Assembly: GCA_964252035.1 (NCBI GenBank)
Contig: OZ176206.1
Length of the DNA stretch: 64,000 bases
Direction: 5' to 3' (one strand)
From: Podarcis erhardii
Taxonomy: Eukaryota
Each line of letters begins with the position of its first letter. Positions within the stretch are counted from its first letter, which is position 1. This document shows, piece by piece, positions 1-12,962 of this stretch. Made by a program: the position numbers and the translations under genes. The notes below the pieces were generated by a model. The model did no database searches. It was given only the letters and a program-made list of their open reading frames with translations, and was not told the DNA's origin.

Positions 1-413
1 ATTGCCAGAATTGATACTTCCATTGGCAGAGATAAAGCATAATTTTAGTGACTTAATCTCTGTCTCCTGTTTCCTAGTCTCCACTTTCCCTAGTTTGGTA
101 ACTACGATGTTTGACTTTTTTATGTATATGACTTTGTGGATCTGTTTATATGTTTGACTCGGCCTCTAAGTGAGCAGATATTAAGAGTAATGGTCAGTGT
201 TCAGTGTTATTTAGAGGAGATTAATTGAAATCAGTGGGTCCAATCAAGTATGATGAACACTGGAAATAGCCCTGTGATAAAATAATGGCATTTTACAAAC
301 TAGGCCACTATAGATATTATAATAATGCAAATATTGTGGTTCATTATAAGATTAAATAAATAAAGCCAGCTCTGGGCATGTAACAAATTCACTCAGCAGT
401 ACAGTATTCAATA

Positions 414-639
414 CAGTGGTACCTCGGGTTACATACGCTTCAGGTTACAGACTCCGCTAACCCAGAAATAGTGCTTCAAGTTAAGAACTTTGCTTCAGGA
501 TAAGAACAGAAATCTTGCTCCGGTGGCGCAGTGGCAGCAGGAGGCCCCATTAGCTAAAGTGGTGCTTCAGGTTAAGAACAGTTTAAGGTTAAGTACAGAC
601 CTCCGGAATGAATTAAGTACTTAACCCGAGGTACCACTG
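414..639 (+). mobile_element. Tc1/mariner (Tigger/pogo-like) MITE, copy A
   Basis: TIR CAGTGGTACCTCGGGTTA, TA TSD. Confidence 0.92.
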
Positions 640-1478
640 TAAATGGATTCCAACTTGCCTAAAAAAATATCAGAGCTGGCACATTCCAGGTGGCATTTTA
701 GCAATGGGCAGTGGGCAGCGGTGTCACTTTTGAACAGTAGCCAAGCTTGGCTGCCATCCATGGTGGCTGGCCATCATCTTAATTTGCCCAGGTCAAACAC
801 TCACCAGACCTAAACAGCTTAGCTTCAGTAGGGTTGCAACTTTATGCAACCTTAGACACTACCCTTTTCTGCTATGGACCATAACATCTCGGGGGAAAGT
901 ATTTTGCACCTGTGCAGAAACTTTTCTTACTGCACATACATCAAGTAGCAAACCACAAAGAAGCAAAGAACTGGAAGGTTGACAGTGACTTCCTGACAGA
1001 GAGTGAAAACGCAAAGGGAAGCAGAAGCCTGACACAACATTGATCGATCAAACAATGTTGCTGGAGATAGCCAAGTCTTGAGAACTTGTTGAGAGTCAGC
1101 AGCCTCCCCCTTTGATGATCTTGGCTTCGCCAAGCAGAATGGGCTGCATATAAATATAATCAGGCATGCACACGGAAAAATCCGTCAGAGAGACAGATCC
1201 TCAGGGAAAGCAAGGAGACAGATCTCTTGGCAGGAAGAGAAGAAGAGCTGGGCTTTCATTTCAGGCTCAGTGCTACACAGATCATGCACACCTGGTTCCT
1301 GCCCTAGAGGCCAGAGAACAAGGGGGTCTGGTGATGCCTCCTGGAATCTGGCATTGCCTTGTAGAAAGGGCCAGTTAACTGCCATGTAGTGGATTAAGGA
1401 TAGATGGGTCTGTCAAGTTTGTTTTCTCTGCTTCTCAGTTTTTCAACCTTAAATTCAGTTATCCACATTTCCAAATCA

Positions 1479-1910
1479 TAGAATCATAGAATCATAGAAT
1501 CATAGAGTTGGAAGAGACCACAAGGGCCATCGAGTCCAACCCCCTGCCAAGCAGGAAACACCATCAGAGCACTCCTGACATATGGTTGTCAAGCCTCTGC
1601 TTAAAAACCTCCAAAGAAGGAGACTCCACCACACTCCTTGGCAGCAAATTCCACTGTCGAACAGCTCTTACTGTCAGGAAGCTCTTCCTAATGTTTAGGC
1701 GGAATCTTCTTTCTTGTAGTTTGGAACCATTGCTCCGTGTCCGCTTCTCTGGAGCAGCAGAAAACAACCTTTCTCCCTCCTCTACATAGCTATCATATCA
1801 CCCCTTAACCTCCTCTTCTCCAGGCTAAACATGCCCAGCTCCCTTAGCCGTTCCTCATAAGGCATCGTTTCCAGGCCTTTGACCATTTTGGTTGCCCTCC
1901 TCTGGACACG
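1479..1910 (-). mobile_element. CR1 LINE 3' fragment
   Basis: (ATTCTATG)n tail; ORF2 C-terminus [40 protein letters not shown]; flanked by direct repeat TTCCAAATCA. Confidence 0.93.
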
Positions 1911-2846
1911 TTCCAAATCAATCTGTGATTCCCCCCCCCCTTTTTAATTTTTTTTCATGAAGCTTCATGAGCATTTTAGTGCAAATTTCTCCTAGTAAAC
2001 ACATTTTTGTATGCAGTTTTGACTAATACACAGTTTTGCAAGCCATTTTAACTGACACAAAGCATTTTTTGGATGTTACATTTATGAACTAAGGCATTGT
2101 TATGCACATTGCCCCCATAACATTTTAACATTTGCATGCTTGTATGCCTCAGTTGGAGAACGGCATTACAAAATGTGAAGGAGTCCAAATTTTGAAGGAC
2201 AACCATCTTTTAGTTTGTGTATTGATTCAAGAAATGTGGATTAAATTAAAGTACAGAATATAACAGGGATGAGTAAGAAGTTCAAGTTCTAAGGAATTAA
2301 CCTTGAAACCTTGTGTATTTTGTGAAACTTAGAGGATATTGTCCATGATGTTGCTCAGTGTCCACTTTATTTGTTGAGTTTTGTTGCGAGAAGAATGCTA
2401 CACCTTGCATGCTTCTTGCTGTTCAGTAGTGTTACTTTGCATTTTTCTTTATTTGTGTTGGCAACCAGGAAATTAAGAGCTGCATTTGTGGGTCAAATCT
2501 GAACGTTCTTTCTGCTTTTTTTGTTTTGTTGCGGCTTATAGCTAAACAAAATGACATATTACCTGCCTACCTCCTCCTCTGGCCCATCACATTGTTCTGC
2601 TATTCCAATGCTCCTTTTGCTCTGGGCTTGGCCAGTGTGTGCTAATGGCCCCTAAGTGCTGGCCAATGCTAAGGCCACTTGTCCGGGAGGGAGCTGAAGT
2701 GGCTTTAGATTTTGACCCAAGGAGGGACAGAAACAGCACTGCAGTGGGAAACACATGGGGTGCAGAGAGGCTCCAGAGTGCCCTCTATTCAGAAGTAAGT
2801 TCCATTGAGTTCACGGGAGCACTTACTACTAGGCACGTCTATATAG

Positions 2847-3107
2847 CAGGGGTGGGGGAACCTTTCTTCAGCAGGTGGGGGCCAGAGGCAGAAGTGAGTG
2901 GAGCAACAAATTTTACCTTTGTGCAGCGTGAATCAGACCTGTATATAGACACAAACACCTCCTTCCAAGCGAGAGGCATCAAGAACACATCCCAGTTAGG
3001 CAAAGGCACTTGTGGGGGTGAGCAGCAGGATTGGCTTTGGGCAGGACCAGATAAAGGAACCTGCAGGGCTGCATTTGGACCCTGGGCCAGAGGTCTCCCT
3101 GCCCCTG
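2847..3107. mobile_element. hAT-type MITE, older
   Basis: CAGGGGTGGGGGAACC ... GGTCTCCCTGCCCCTG ends; TSD CTATATAG/GCATATAG (6/8). Confidence 0.7.
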
Positions 3108-3793
3108 GCATATAGCTTTACAGCGTGAGATTACTTATTATTGAAGGCAAAGCAAGATGAATGTTGGAGCTGGCTGGCAAGATGCAGTCTTGGAGAGCTG
3201 GAGGCATGTCCATTTGTTTCAGTGGGGACTTATGGATTCAAACTGCCACTGTTTCTGCTGGCCTCCCTCATCTGCTTTACTTGTACTACTACCATCTCTA
3301 GAGCAGCTTTCCCCAACCTGGTGCCCCCTAGCTGTTTTGGGATTGCAACTCCCATTAGCCCCAGGCAGCATTACCAATGGTCAGGGATGATGGGAGCTGT
3401 AGCCCAAATCTTCTGGAATATACCAGATGGGAAAGGTCATTGCAGGGTGACTTTGTCGTCTTGATAGCAAGAACTAAATATGATGGAGGTATAAACAGCA
3501 AAAGCATCCCACATGGACACACATGTATCCTAAAAGCTGGAGGAAGTTACATAAAGATGGTGCATCTTCATGATTCTTTGGACAGAATGCAACACATAGC
3601 AATGTGGGACAGAACTATTTTGCACTTTGATAGGAGTCATACTTAATTTTTTTTTCCTTCTAAGGCTGCAGATTTCCACATTTACCTTTCTTAAAAGAAA
3701 ACAACAGTTCATGAAGGAAATGTTCCTTGGGTGATGTTCATTCAGGCAGCTTGGGAGTTTTCCAGCAAGTTCAGTCTTCTTTTTCCTCCCCAG

Positions 3794-3930
3794 GTGTATG
3801 AAAGAGGAACCAATGTGGACCAGTTTGTGACCCGTTTCCTGCTGAAGGAGACAGCCAATCAGATTCAGTCCTTGCTCAGCTCGGTGGAAAGTGCCGTTGA
3901 TGCTATTGATGAGCAAACCAGTCAGATAAG
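3794..3930 (+). CDS. NECAB2: NECAB2 internal coding exon ([46 protein letters not shown]), first one in the window
   Basis: cctccccag|GTG acceptor, AAG|gtcagg donor, 137 bp; near-identical to the recalled NECAB2 coiled-coil region. Confidence 0.95.
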
Positions 3931-6525
3931 GTCAGGTCTTTTCATTTGTCCTATATTGAATTTAACCTGTTCAGCAGCCTGACTACTGTGTTCTGTCTAC
4001 TGTTGTGCTCTTCACAAGATGATTGTTTTTGGTGCCCTCTTAAGACAAACATTCTACATGCTGTCTCTAGCAACGTAATACCTTAACCCCCGGGGGCCAG
4101 TTCCAGGTCTGAGGCCATCTGGAGAGGCCCAGCTTTGTGGGTGGAGTGGTGGTGTGTTCACCTGGTGGCAATGGCAACAGCAGACAGTAGCACTCTAATC
4201 AGTGCTAAGCAGCCAAAGGCTGCCATTTTAAGTTCCCACACTGCCCTGAGCTGATGGGATATTGTGGGAAATTAATATGGCAGCTCTCAGATCCTCAACC
4301 ACTTGGTTCTGGGAAATATTTTGAAAGGAACCTTGGGACAGGCATAATTGGTGGGTCCTTTGAGCCCTGGTGCCTTAACTCTTCCACTCCTTGTGAGGAA
4401 TTGTTCCTATTGGAGGGATTTCCCTCCCAGAGTTGTGCTGTCTTGTCAACAGAAGTTTCAGAAAATGGGGGAAGTTGCAGATTAGGGCAGAAACAGGAAA
4501 ACCCCATGGCTTCTATTTCCCCCCCCCCCACCGCCCCCTTGAGTCTTTGCAAAAAGCTAGAAGCAGCAGGGAAAGCACCAAAATAAAAGGGTTACCATGA
4601 ATCACAGCCTGGATTCAGCAACAAGAAGTTAAAATGTCACACAGCTCTACAGAGCTTGTTGACCAGAACCAAAAAATGGTTGCCATGGAAATGGGGGAAA
4701 TCAGAAGCTCATATCAAGAGACCTCTGCACCCACCACCCGGTGTTCTGAATTAAAGAAAATAAACAGAAAGCTACAAAGTTCCAGCAGGCAGCTTGTCGG
4801 CGAAGATCTTTCCATTCATTGGGACCTTGTGGGAGAAGATTTCATCAAGATCCTAAACAGCAGCCCCGTATTGAACTCTCCCCCTGTATTGTATTTCTCT
4901 ATAAATTCTAGTTGTTCTTTTTGCATATATGCGTATGAGTTGCAACATGCAAATTAGTGGCTCTGTGTGAACCAGCCTGACATGTGAATTGACATAGGTT
5001 GCATACACACCATACATTTAAAGCATGCGGCTTTCACCAAAGAATCCTGATTGGTTATGGTACAAGACAGACCAATAAGAACAACTGAAATTTCTAATCT
5101 GTGGGTGTCTCCCTAGTACACTTTGCCTTTAGATATTTAGGAGTCCAAGTCACCAAAACATCCAAATGAGACTTTTACTGCTAATTATTTCCATGTTTGC
5201 ACAAGTGTAGCACACTGGAATTGCTTGACTCTGTCTTCTTTTGATAGGATCTCCTTGATAAAAATTATGGTTTTACCTAAATTCATCTACCTTGTGCTGT
5301 TCTCCCCACTGAAATTCCTATTCAACGTTTTAAATGGAAACTTTCATTTTAAATGAAACATGCCCATGTACCGCTAAGATTCTCAGTTATATTTTTTAAA
5401 AACCAATGGAAGGAGCATAGGGTATTCCCTTTTTGAAACTGTATGATGAGGCTTACCAGCTCAGGCACTTACTATCCTATATTAATGACTCAAGTGACAA
5501 ACTCTGGAAATGAGTAGAGCATTCTTAATTACAACAGTCTAATCCACACTGCATTTCATTTATTGAAAAAGAAGCAAATAAAAGTCTGCAGATGCAGTGC
5601 AACATATTGAAAATGATCCTGAAGATTTGGAAATGCAGAAAGCAAGCCTGAATGCTCACCATCTCTCTGTTAATTCCAATACACGAATACCCTACATTTT
5701 ATTTAAAAATCAGAGTAAGTGTGAGTGAACGAAAAGAAAAAAATATGGATACTGTAAATTTTGTGACTATTACATAAGTTCTAAACCAATTCCCAGGGAC
5801 ACATAGAGGAACCACCTTCAAAAACACAACACAGACTTGGTTGATGTGGTATCAGGTCAACTTCCACAGGGTGCTAGGGAACCTACACAAGTCAAAAATT
5901 TATGTCTCAGTAGTTTAAGGTGCTGAGCTACAGTTCCCAGGAATTTGGGGGGGGGGAGAGAGAGAGATGCCTGTTAAGGTGGTATCAGAGTGCTTTGAAT
6001 ACATGGTGTGGATCTGATTTCCTGGTTCTGAAAATACGTCTTACAGGTGTGCCTTAAATATCTACTTAGCGCTATTAAGTTCAGTGAAGTTTACTGCCTG
6101 GTTAGAGGGCAGAGGATTGCAGCATTAAAATATATTTCCCTCTCCTTTCCCAGCCACAGGGGGAAATGATTTCTGTGGACACTGAGAGCAGGGGACGATT
6201 AATCGGGGGGGGGGGATGCATATGGCAAAGGGGTTAAGCACCAGCTCACCTCTGCTGCTTCTCTGGTTAAATTTACTATCTCCAGCAGTTGCATTTCAGT
6301 TGCAAAACTCTAGACTAGTTTGGCCTTGAGGATCAGATTGGGAGAGGATCTGCAGGAAACAATAATACTTTCCCACTCTAGCTTCACTGCTATCATCAGG
6401 GTTGGAACACCAAGTTCTGCTATGATGACACCACTTTTTTAATAACCAGAAAACTTAAAGAGAAGTACCTGTTATGGGTGGGGGGTGTTCCATTAGGTTA
6501 ACTTTTGAAATGACAGATGTGAGTG

Positions 6526-6776
6526 TAAGAAAGAACCTGTGAAGAACCCTGCTGGATCAGACCAATGGCCAATCTAGTCTAGCACCCTTTTTTCACAATC
6601 ACCAATCAGATGCCCCTGGGAAGTCTACAAGATGGTGATGAATGAAAGGCCCCTGCCCTCCCATTGTTCCCCAGTTACTCGTATTCAGATGCCTACTGCC
6701 TCTGACCCTGGAGGTAAGTAGACAGCCATCCTGGCCACTGGCTATTGATAGCCTTATCCTCCATGTGTTTGCCTGA
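6526..6776 (-). mobile_element. CR1-type 3' UTR fragment (TTCTTATG-tail family); further copies at about 12065-12292 (+), 19222-19470 (+), 24434-24735 (-), 28100-28175 (+), 38215-38300 (+)
   Basis: Shared core ccctgctggatcag...catctagtccagcatcct...gctattgatagccttatcctccatgaatttgtcta. Confidence 0.75.
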
Positions 6777-7738
6777 TTGTTCAGCCCGGACACTGAGATC
6801 CAGCACCAAGGGCCTTCTGGTGGTTCCTGCATTTCGAGAAGTAAGGTTAAAGGGAATGAGACAGAGGGCCTTCTTGGTAGTGGCACCCACCCTGTGGAAC
6901 ACCCTCCCTTCAGATGTAAAGGAAATAAGCAGCTATCTTCTTTTTAAAAGACATCTGAAGGCAGCCCTGTTTAGGGAATTTTTTAATATTTAATGCTGTA
7001 CAGTGGTGCCTCGCAAGACGAAATTAATTCGTTCCGCAAGTTTTTTCTTCTTGCGAGTTTTTCATCTTGCGAAGCACGGTTTCCCATAGGAATGCATTGA
7101 AAATCAATCAATGCGTTCCTATGGAGACCATCCGGGGACAGAGGGGAAGCGCCGCGCGCCTTCCCCTCTGTCCCCGGACCTGTTTAAAGCAAGGGGCGGC
7201 GGGGAGAAGATTGCTTCTCCCCGTTGCCTGCCCTGCAATCTCCGCAATCTCCCCTCTGTCCCCGGACCTGTTTTAAAGCAAGGGAAGGGGCGCGCGCACC
7301 TTCCCCTCTGTCCCCTCTTTTGAAGCAAGGGGCGGAGGGGAGAAGATCGCTTCTCCCCGTTGCCACCCCTTGGTTCAAAAGAGGTCCGGGGACAGAGGGG
7401 AAGGCGCGCGCCTTCCCCTCTGTCCCCGGAGATTGCGGGGCTGGCAACGGGGAGAAGCGATCTTCTCCCCGCCGCCCCTTGCTTCAAAAGAGGTCCATGG
7501 ATCCCCGGAGCTTGCGGGGCAAGCTTTGTTTTGCAAAGCAAGCCCATAGGGAGATGTGTCTTGCAAAGCGGCTAAGAAAACAAAAAACTCCTTCGTCTAG
7601 CGAGTTTTTCGTCTTCCGAGGCGTTCGTCTTGCGGGGCACCACTGTATTGTTTTTAACACTTGATTGGGAGCCGCCCAGAGTGGCTGGGGAAACTCAGCC
7701 AGATGGGCGGGGTATAAATAATAAATTATTATTATATT
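6777..7738 (+). mobile_element. L2 3' fragment split by a MITE (L2 parts about 6777-7000 and 7646-7738)
   Basis: Rejoining at the TA restores the tail seen at 56770-56880. Confidence 0.9.
7001..7645. mobile_element. Tc1/mariner-type non-autonomous element with GC-rich palindromic interior
   Basis: TIR CAGTGGTGCCTCGCAAGACGAA / TTCGTCTTGCGGGGCACCACTG, TA TSD. Confidence 0.9.
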
Positions 7739-7929
7739 CTAAAGTCTTCTAAGTTCATGGTCATCGCATTTTGTGGAAGGCAAATTCCAGGGTGAAAGGC
7801 TGTAGTTCAGTGGCAGCAAATCTGCTTGAAATGTAGAATCTCCCAAGATTCAATGCCATGCAGCTCCAGGTAGGACTGGAAATGTCCCTTGCCTGAAACC
7901 CTGGAGAGCCACTGCCAGTCAGTGTAGAC

Positions 7930-8052
7930 TAGGGTTTCCCAAACTTGGGTCTCCAGCTGTTTTTGGACTACAACTCCCATCATCCCTAGCTAGCAGGGAT
8001 TATGGGAATTGTAGTCCAAAAACAGCTGAAGACCCAAGTTTGGGAAACCCTG
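7930..8052. mobile_element. hAT-type hairpin MITE; degenerate relatives at about 3305, 9300, 12545, 14060, 19570, 33170, 36270, 40050, 50600 and 60530
   Basis: Near-complete inverted repeat, 8-bp TSD GTGTAGAC. Confidence 0.9.
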
Positions 8053-9998
8053 GTGTAGACAGTTCTGAGCCACATGGACCCAGTGGTCAATATAGGACAA
8101 CTTCCTGTGTTTCTATGTGCCATGTGAGAGGATGCAGCAAAGAGAGGCAGTCTGAGTAGTAAAAAGCCGCGCTCATGTTCATGTCTTTCAGTCGCCAGCT
8201 TGACTTCCTGCTTCCTCTTCTTCCTCTGCAAGATGCTGGAGTCAGGAGTGTTTCTGGAGCTTCTCCTCCTTTTCTGTTCTCACTCTGCTTCTGCCGCTTT
8301 TGATTTATTTTGCATCAGTCTCTGGTATATTCAGCAGCCTCAACGCCAATGTATATTCATGAGAATTACTTAACAGAGCAGAATGGATCTCCCTGCATTG
8401 CAGGTGGATATGATGCATCAAGTCTCTTTTCTCTGAGTATGGCCATCACTTTGGTGCTGCAGTTTCATTTTTAGCAAGTGTGCTATTATCAAGTCTACCC
8501 CCCCCCCCCAAAAAAAATGGGGCAGGGTGTCTGCCTACAAAGCTTGGACAAGCAATATCCAAGCAAGCTGTTTTTCTGCCTGTGTGTATTTGGCAGTGTT
8601 TTGGGGACAGGGGACACACAGACCTCAGGAAGAGGCAGTGCACTGCCCAAGTAATTTGGTGATGAGGACAATCTGCAGTTACCTCCAGACTCTCAGCATT
8701 TGGGGGGAGGGATTCAAGTGCAAGAAGGAAATTTTAGGCTTGCCCAATTAAAGCGGATTAAAGTGCTCTGTTGCTGTGGGTACAACAAATCTGCTTTTCT
8801 ATTTTTTAAAAAAAAAAACTGACTTGTGGTTAAAAAAGTGACAGGTAAATGCACTGAAAACCATAGGACAAATGAATGATTAATAGGGAGGTATAAAAAC
8901 ACTGCTCAAGTAAATCAGGATGAATGGAAGATTGACATACAACTTTCCCGCAAACTAATCAGAGCAACTTCTCCGTAAAGACTGGGCATAGTCTGACCTT
9001 CACATAACTTTTGTACAAGCAAATCATGATGAATGTTGAATTAAAAGGTGATCTAAAGGAGATGTAGGAGTGAATGAGTCAGGTAACAAGAAAAGCAACC
9101 CTGTGGTACCTGCTGAGTGACTGCTGTGCTGGATCATGATGAAGCCATGTAGTAGCCAAACTACACGATGCAGACAAGGCATAGGTGTCCCACTTTTCCA
9201 AAATGTTGTGGCCCTTTCCCTAAAGAAAAAAGTCCTTTACACCCATCAGATTGGTCTGCCAGGCCAGTGGAATAAATAGGAGCTGTGCATATGTGTTCAG
9301 GTTAGAGGTCACCAACATGGTGCTGTTGGAACCAGTTCCCATGAGCCCTGACCAGCATGGACAGTGGTGAAGGAGGATGAGTTTGGAGGGTACCACGTTG
9401 GCTATACCTGATGTAAGTGCTCATTTTGAATTGGGTTTGATGCTAAATATAGATGCAAAGCAGCCTGGTATGCTGCATTTTGGGACCTGTGTTGATTCTT
9501 TCTAGACAGTCACACCTGTGCTTGTGGCCTCTATGTTGTATTTCATGCTGAATAGCATTGCCCTTGCTGAAGGATTCAGAGCAGTAGCTTAAAACTGCTT
9601 CACTCTAGCGCATGGCCTAGATGGAGGCTGGACGGTGGATTCTATTGACACCTGACCTCCAGCTGCTGCTCTCGGGTTAAGTGATCAAAGGGAGGTTTAG
9701 AATTCACATCAATTACTTCTATTTTATGGTTCAGGCAGCCTTACCCCCCACCCCCCACCCCAGACCTAATTTATTATAATGCAGGACCTCAATGCAGCCC
9801 TCCACACCTCTCTGTCAGCCTCTCAGAACTCTCTCTCAGTCACACCCCATCTCCCCAGGCCTGCTCTGCACTCTCCTGTGAGTCTTTTGACCAGGCTGAA
9901 ATCTGTCCTTGGAACTCTGAAAAGGCTTCCTGCTTGCCTGGGTGGAGGATAGAGAAGGGTGGGGTGGGGTGGGGGTGTATAGAAGCAAGCCTACTATA

Positions 9999-10361
9999 AA
10001 AGGTAAAGGTACCCCCTGACTGTTAGGTCCAGTCAGAGATGACTCTGGGGTTGCGGCGCTCATCTCACTTTATTGGCCAAGGGAGCTGGCATTCATCCGC
10101 AGACAGCTTCCGGGTCATGTGGCCAGCATGACTAAGCCGCTTCTGGCAAACCAGAGCAGCGCACGGAAACGCCATTTACCTTCCCACTGGAGCGGTACCT
10201 ATTTATCTACTTGCACTTGACTTGCTTTCGAACTGTTAGGTGGGCAAGAGCTGGGACTGAACAACGGGAGCTCACCCCATTGCGGGGATTCGAACTGCCA
10301 ACCTTCCGATCGGCAAGCTCTAGGCTCTGTGGTTTAGACCACAGTGCCACCCGCATCCCAT
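9999..10361 (-). mobile_element. Sauria SINE (Squam1), full length
   Basis: tRNA-like head, (ACCTTT)n tail, TSD GCCTACTATA at 9989-9998 and 10362-10371. Confidence 0.93.
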
Positions 10362-12296
10362 GCCTACTATAGAAGGAAGTAAAAATTACCACTCACTTTT
10401 GCTTCAGGTCCTGCCCTCCACAGGGATGTGCCCTCCCCCGAAGGTTGTGTGGAAGCCATTTTGACCCTCAGACTAAAAGAAGTCCACTCCTGTTAGTATA
10501 TTACAGCAGAACTGCATGGATAAAGGGTCTGGAAACCAAGTCTTATGAGGAATGGTTCAGAGACTTGGGTGTGTTCAGCCTGGAGAAGAGTGAGAAGTGA
10601 TAGGATAGCCATCTTCAAATATCTGAAGAGCTGTCACGTGGAAGCTTGTTTTCTTCTGCTCTGAAGGGTGGCACCTATGAGTCTATGCATGGCTACCTAT
10701 CCATTTCCTGGGTGCTGCCTTTAACCTATTAAACTAGAAAGCTCTGGGTTGCTGGTATGTTTTTCCCACCCCAATGTGAGCTGGTGTTTTAAGCTTTATT
10801 TATTGATTTGTCAAATGCTGGTGGTTGTTAAAATGTCACAGGTTTTTACATTTGCTTCTAAGGTAGCTTGAGATTGTCCTGCATTAGGAGACAAAGGGCT
10901 TGTTCACAATTCCGCTTTGTCCGAAGCCTAGAAAGCACCAGTCTGAGCAGTTTTCAGTTTGCTCCATTAGGAAAACCCACTCTGCCACTGAATCGGAACA
11001 AATGCTGATCCATGGAAAACCAGTCCCCCCCCCCCCCCCGGAAAGCTGTGAGACAAGTGGAAGTGTGGAAGAGCCCTAAGAGAGCAATTGTAATAATGAT
11101 TTTATTCTACACAGCTGTGATATTTTCTTATGAGTTGTTGGTTTAGAAATACCCATAAATAAAGTATAAATCATGTTTCTGCTCAGAATTCAGTTCAACC
11201 GGGCTTACTCCCAAGTAAGTTGGGTTATGATTGCAGTGACAACTTTTTTTTTTAAGGTGTGTTTGTGTGTGTGATGTGGCCTGGCTTTAGATGCCAAGCT
11301 TTCTTCTGTTTGAAAGTAAATATATGTTTAATACATTGGCAGAGTTGTCCTGAGCAGGTGCCAGATCAGCAGAAGAGGAAACAATCAAGCAGCAATTAGT
11401 CCTTGGATGGAGCAGCTAAAGATTTATTTCTCTGCTCATGGGCCTCCAGATGAAATAATCAATGACTGCTTGCTTTCCACTTGCATTCTATGAAACTCTG
11501 AATAAACAAGATAGAAGCAGATGATTGCTTATGGAGGAGTGGGCTTTCCTGCAGAGTCCCTGGGGTAGCTGCCAAGAGACCCACATCCCCCCCCCCCAAC
11601 ATGCTGCTTTTATATACCAAATAAAGCACTGTTATTTCTGAGCATCAGGCGTATCAGCTGGAGTGAGTGGCTGCACTGTTATGAAATATCCTCTCAGTAC
11701 CATTATAACCATCCTTTTACCTATCCCCCCGCCCACTCTTCCATTTCTTATTTTTTAGCTTATCCCACAGACACCTTTTTTTAACCTTTCCTACATCTTT
11801 CCAATCTTCCACAGTTGTCAAGGGTACCAACTTATCTCGGTGATGAGAGTAGACAGGAAATTGTTCCCTTGGCAATTAACAGTACCGACCGGCAGGTTAT
11901 GTACCCGCTAGCAGATTGCCTCAAAGCCGCTGCAAACTTGAAACAAAACATAATTCAGTATCTGCGAGGCCTGCCCATGTGAAGATGTGCACCTCTCATC
12001 AATATGATAAGTAAACAAGAATAAGCAAGAAAGGCTTATCCTTGTCCTCCATATTGATAAAATCCTGTCAATGGCAACTAGCCATGATGGCTATGTTCTG
12101 TCTCCACTGTGGAGAGCAGTGTGCCTCTGAATATCAGTTGCCAGGAGTCACAAGGGTGGAGAGGGATGCTGTGCTTGGGTCCTGCTTGCAGGCTTCCCAC
12201 AGAAATCTAGTCGACCAATGTAAGAACAGGATGCTACTGGATTAGATGGGAATTTAGTCCAATCCAGCAGGGCTCTTCCTATGTTCTTCATGTATA

Positions 12297-12538
12297 CAGT
12301 GGTATCTTGGGTTACAGATGCTTCAGGTTACAGATGCTTCAGGTTACAGACTCCGCTAACCCAGAAATAGTACCTCGGGTTAAGAACTTTGCTTCAGGAT
12401 GAGAACAGAAATTGTGCGGCAGCGGCACAGCGGCAGTGGGAGGCCCCATTAGCTTAAGTGGTACCTCAGGTTAAGAACCATTTCAAGTTAAGAACAGACC
12501 TCCAGAATGAATTAAGTTCTTAACCTGAGGTACCACTG
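12297..12538 (+). mobile_element. Same MITE family, copy B
   Basis: TIRs, TA TSD, internal 16-bp unit duplicated. Confidence 0.92.
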
Positions 12539-12962
12539 TATTGGTTAGGAGAAGCCAATGTGGTACCCTCTCAATCTTGTTAGACCTTGAATCCCTGACC
12601 ATTGGGCATGCTAGGTGGATGTCGATGGGAGTTGGAGGGCACCATTTTGGCTACTCTGTGCTAAATTATCCAGGTAGGGATTTGATCATCTGGCCCTAAC
12701 CTCTTGATGCAGGCTGTTTATTCAGACTATTTACAACCCATCCTCTCTCAGAACAAATGACATGGGAAAGTATAAAGCACCAAAAAGAAAAAAAGAAAAA
12801 AAAGCCAAACCTAAACCTAAAACTAAACTAACCATATACTGTGAAATGAACCATCAAATAAATAAAGTAACTAAAAATAACAGAGTAAATGAAACACTAA
12901 TCAACTTGCAAAACTTAAATGGCCTGAGCAAATCAGTCTTAACCTGGCCCAAAACAGTCAAC

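Noticed and set aside
1-3793. NECAB2 EF-hand exons
   Set aside because: No DYF...YTKK-type exon with splice sites was found; they presumably lie upstream of the window.
7067-7664. Cluster of overlapping GC-rich ORFs (also 49285-49958)
   Set aside because: By-product of stop-poor palindromic MITE interiors; no protein motifs.
8384-8403. Alternative NECAB2 first exon (ATGGATCTC...GCAG|gtggat)
   Set aside because: Weak donor, phase 1 does not fit the next exon (phase 2), and no homology support.
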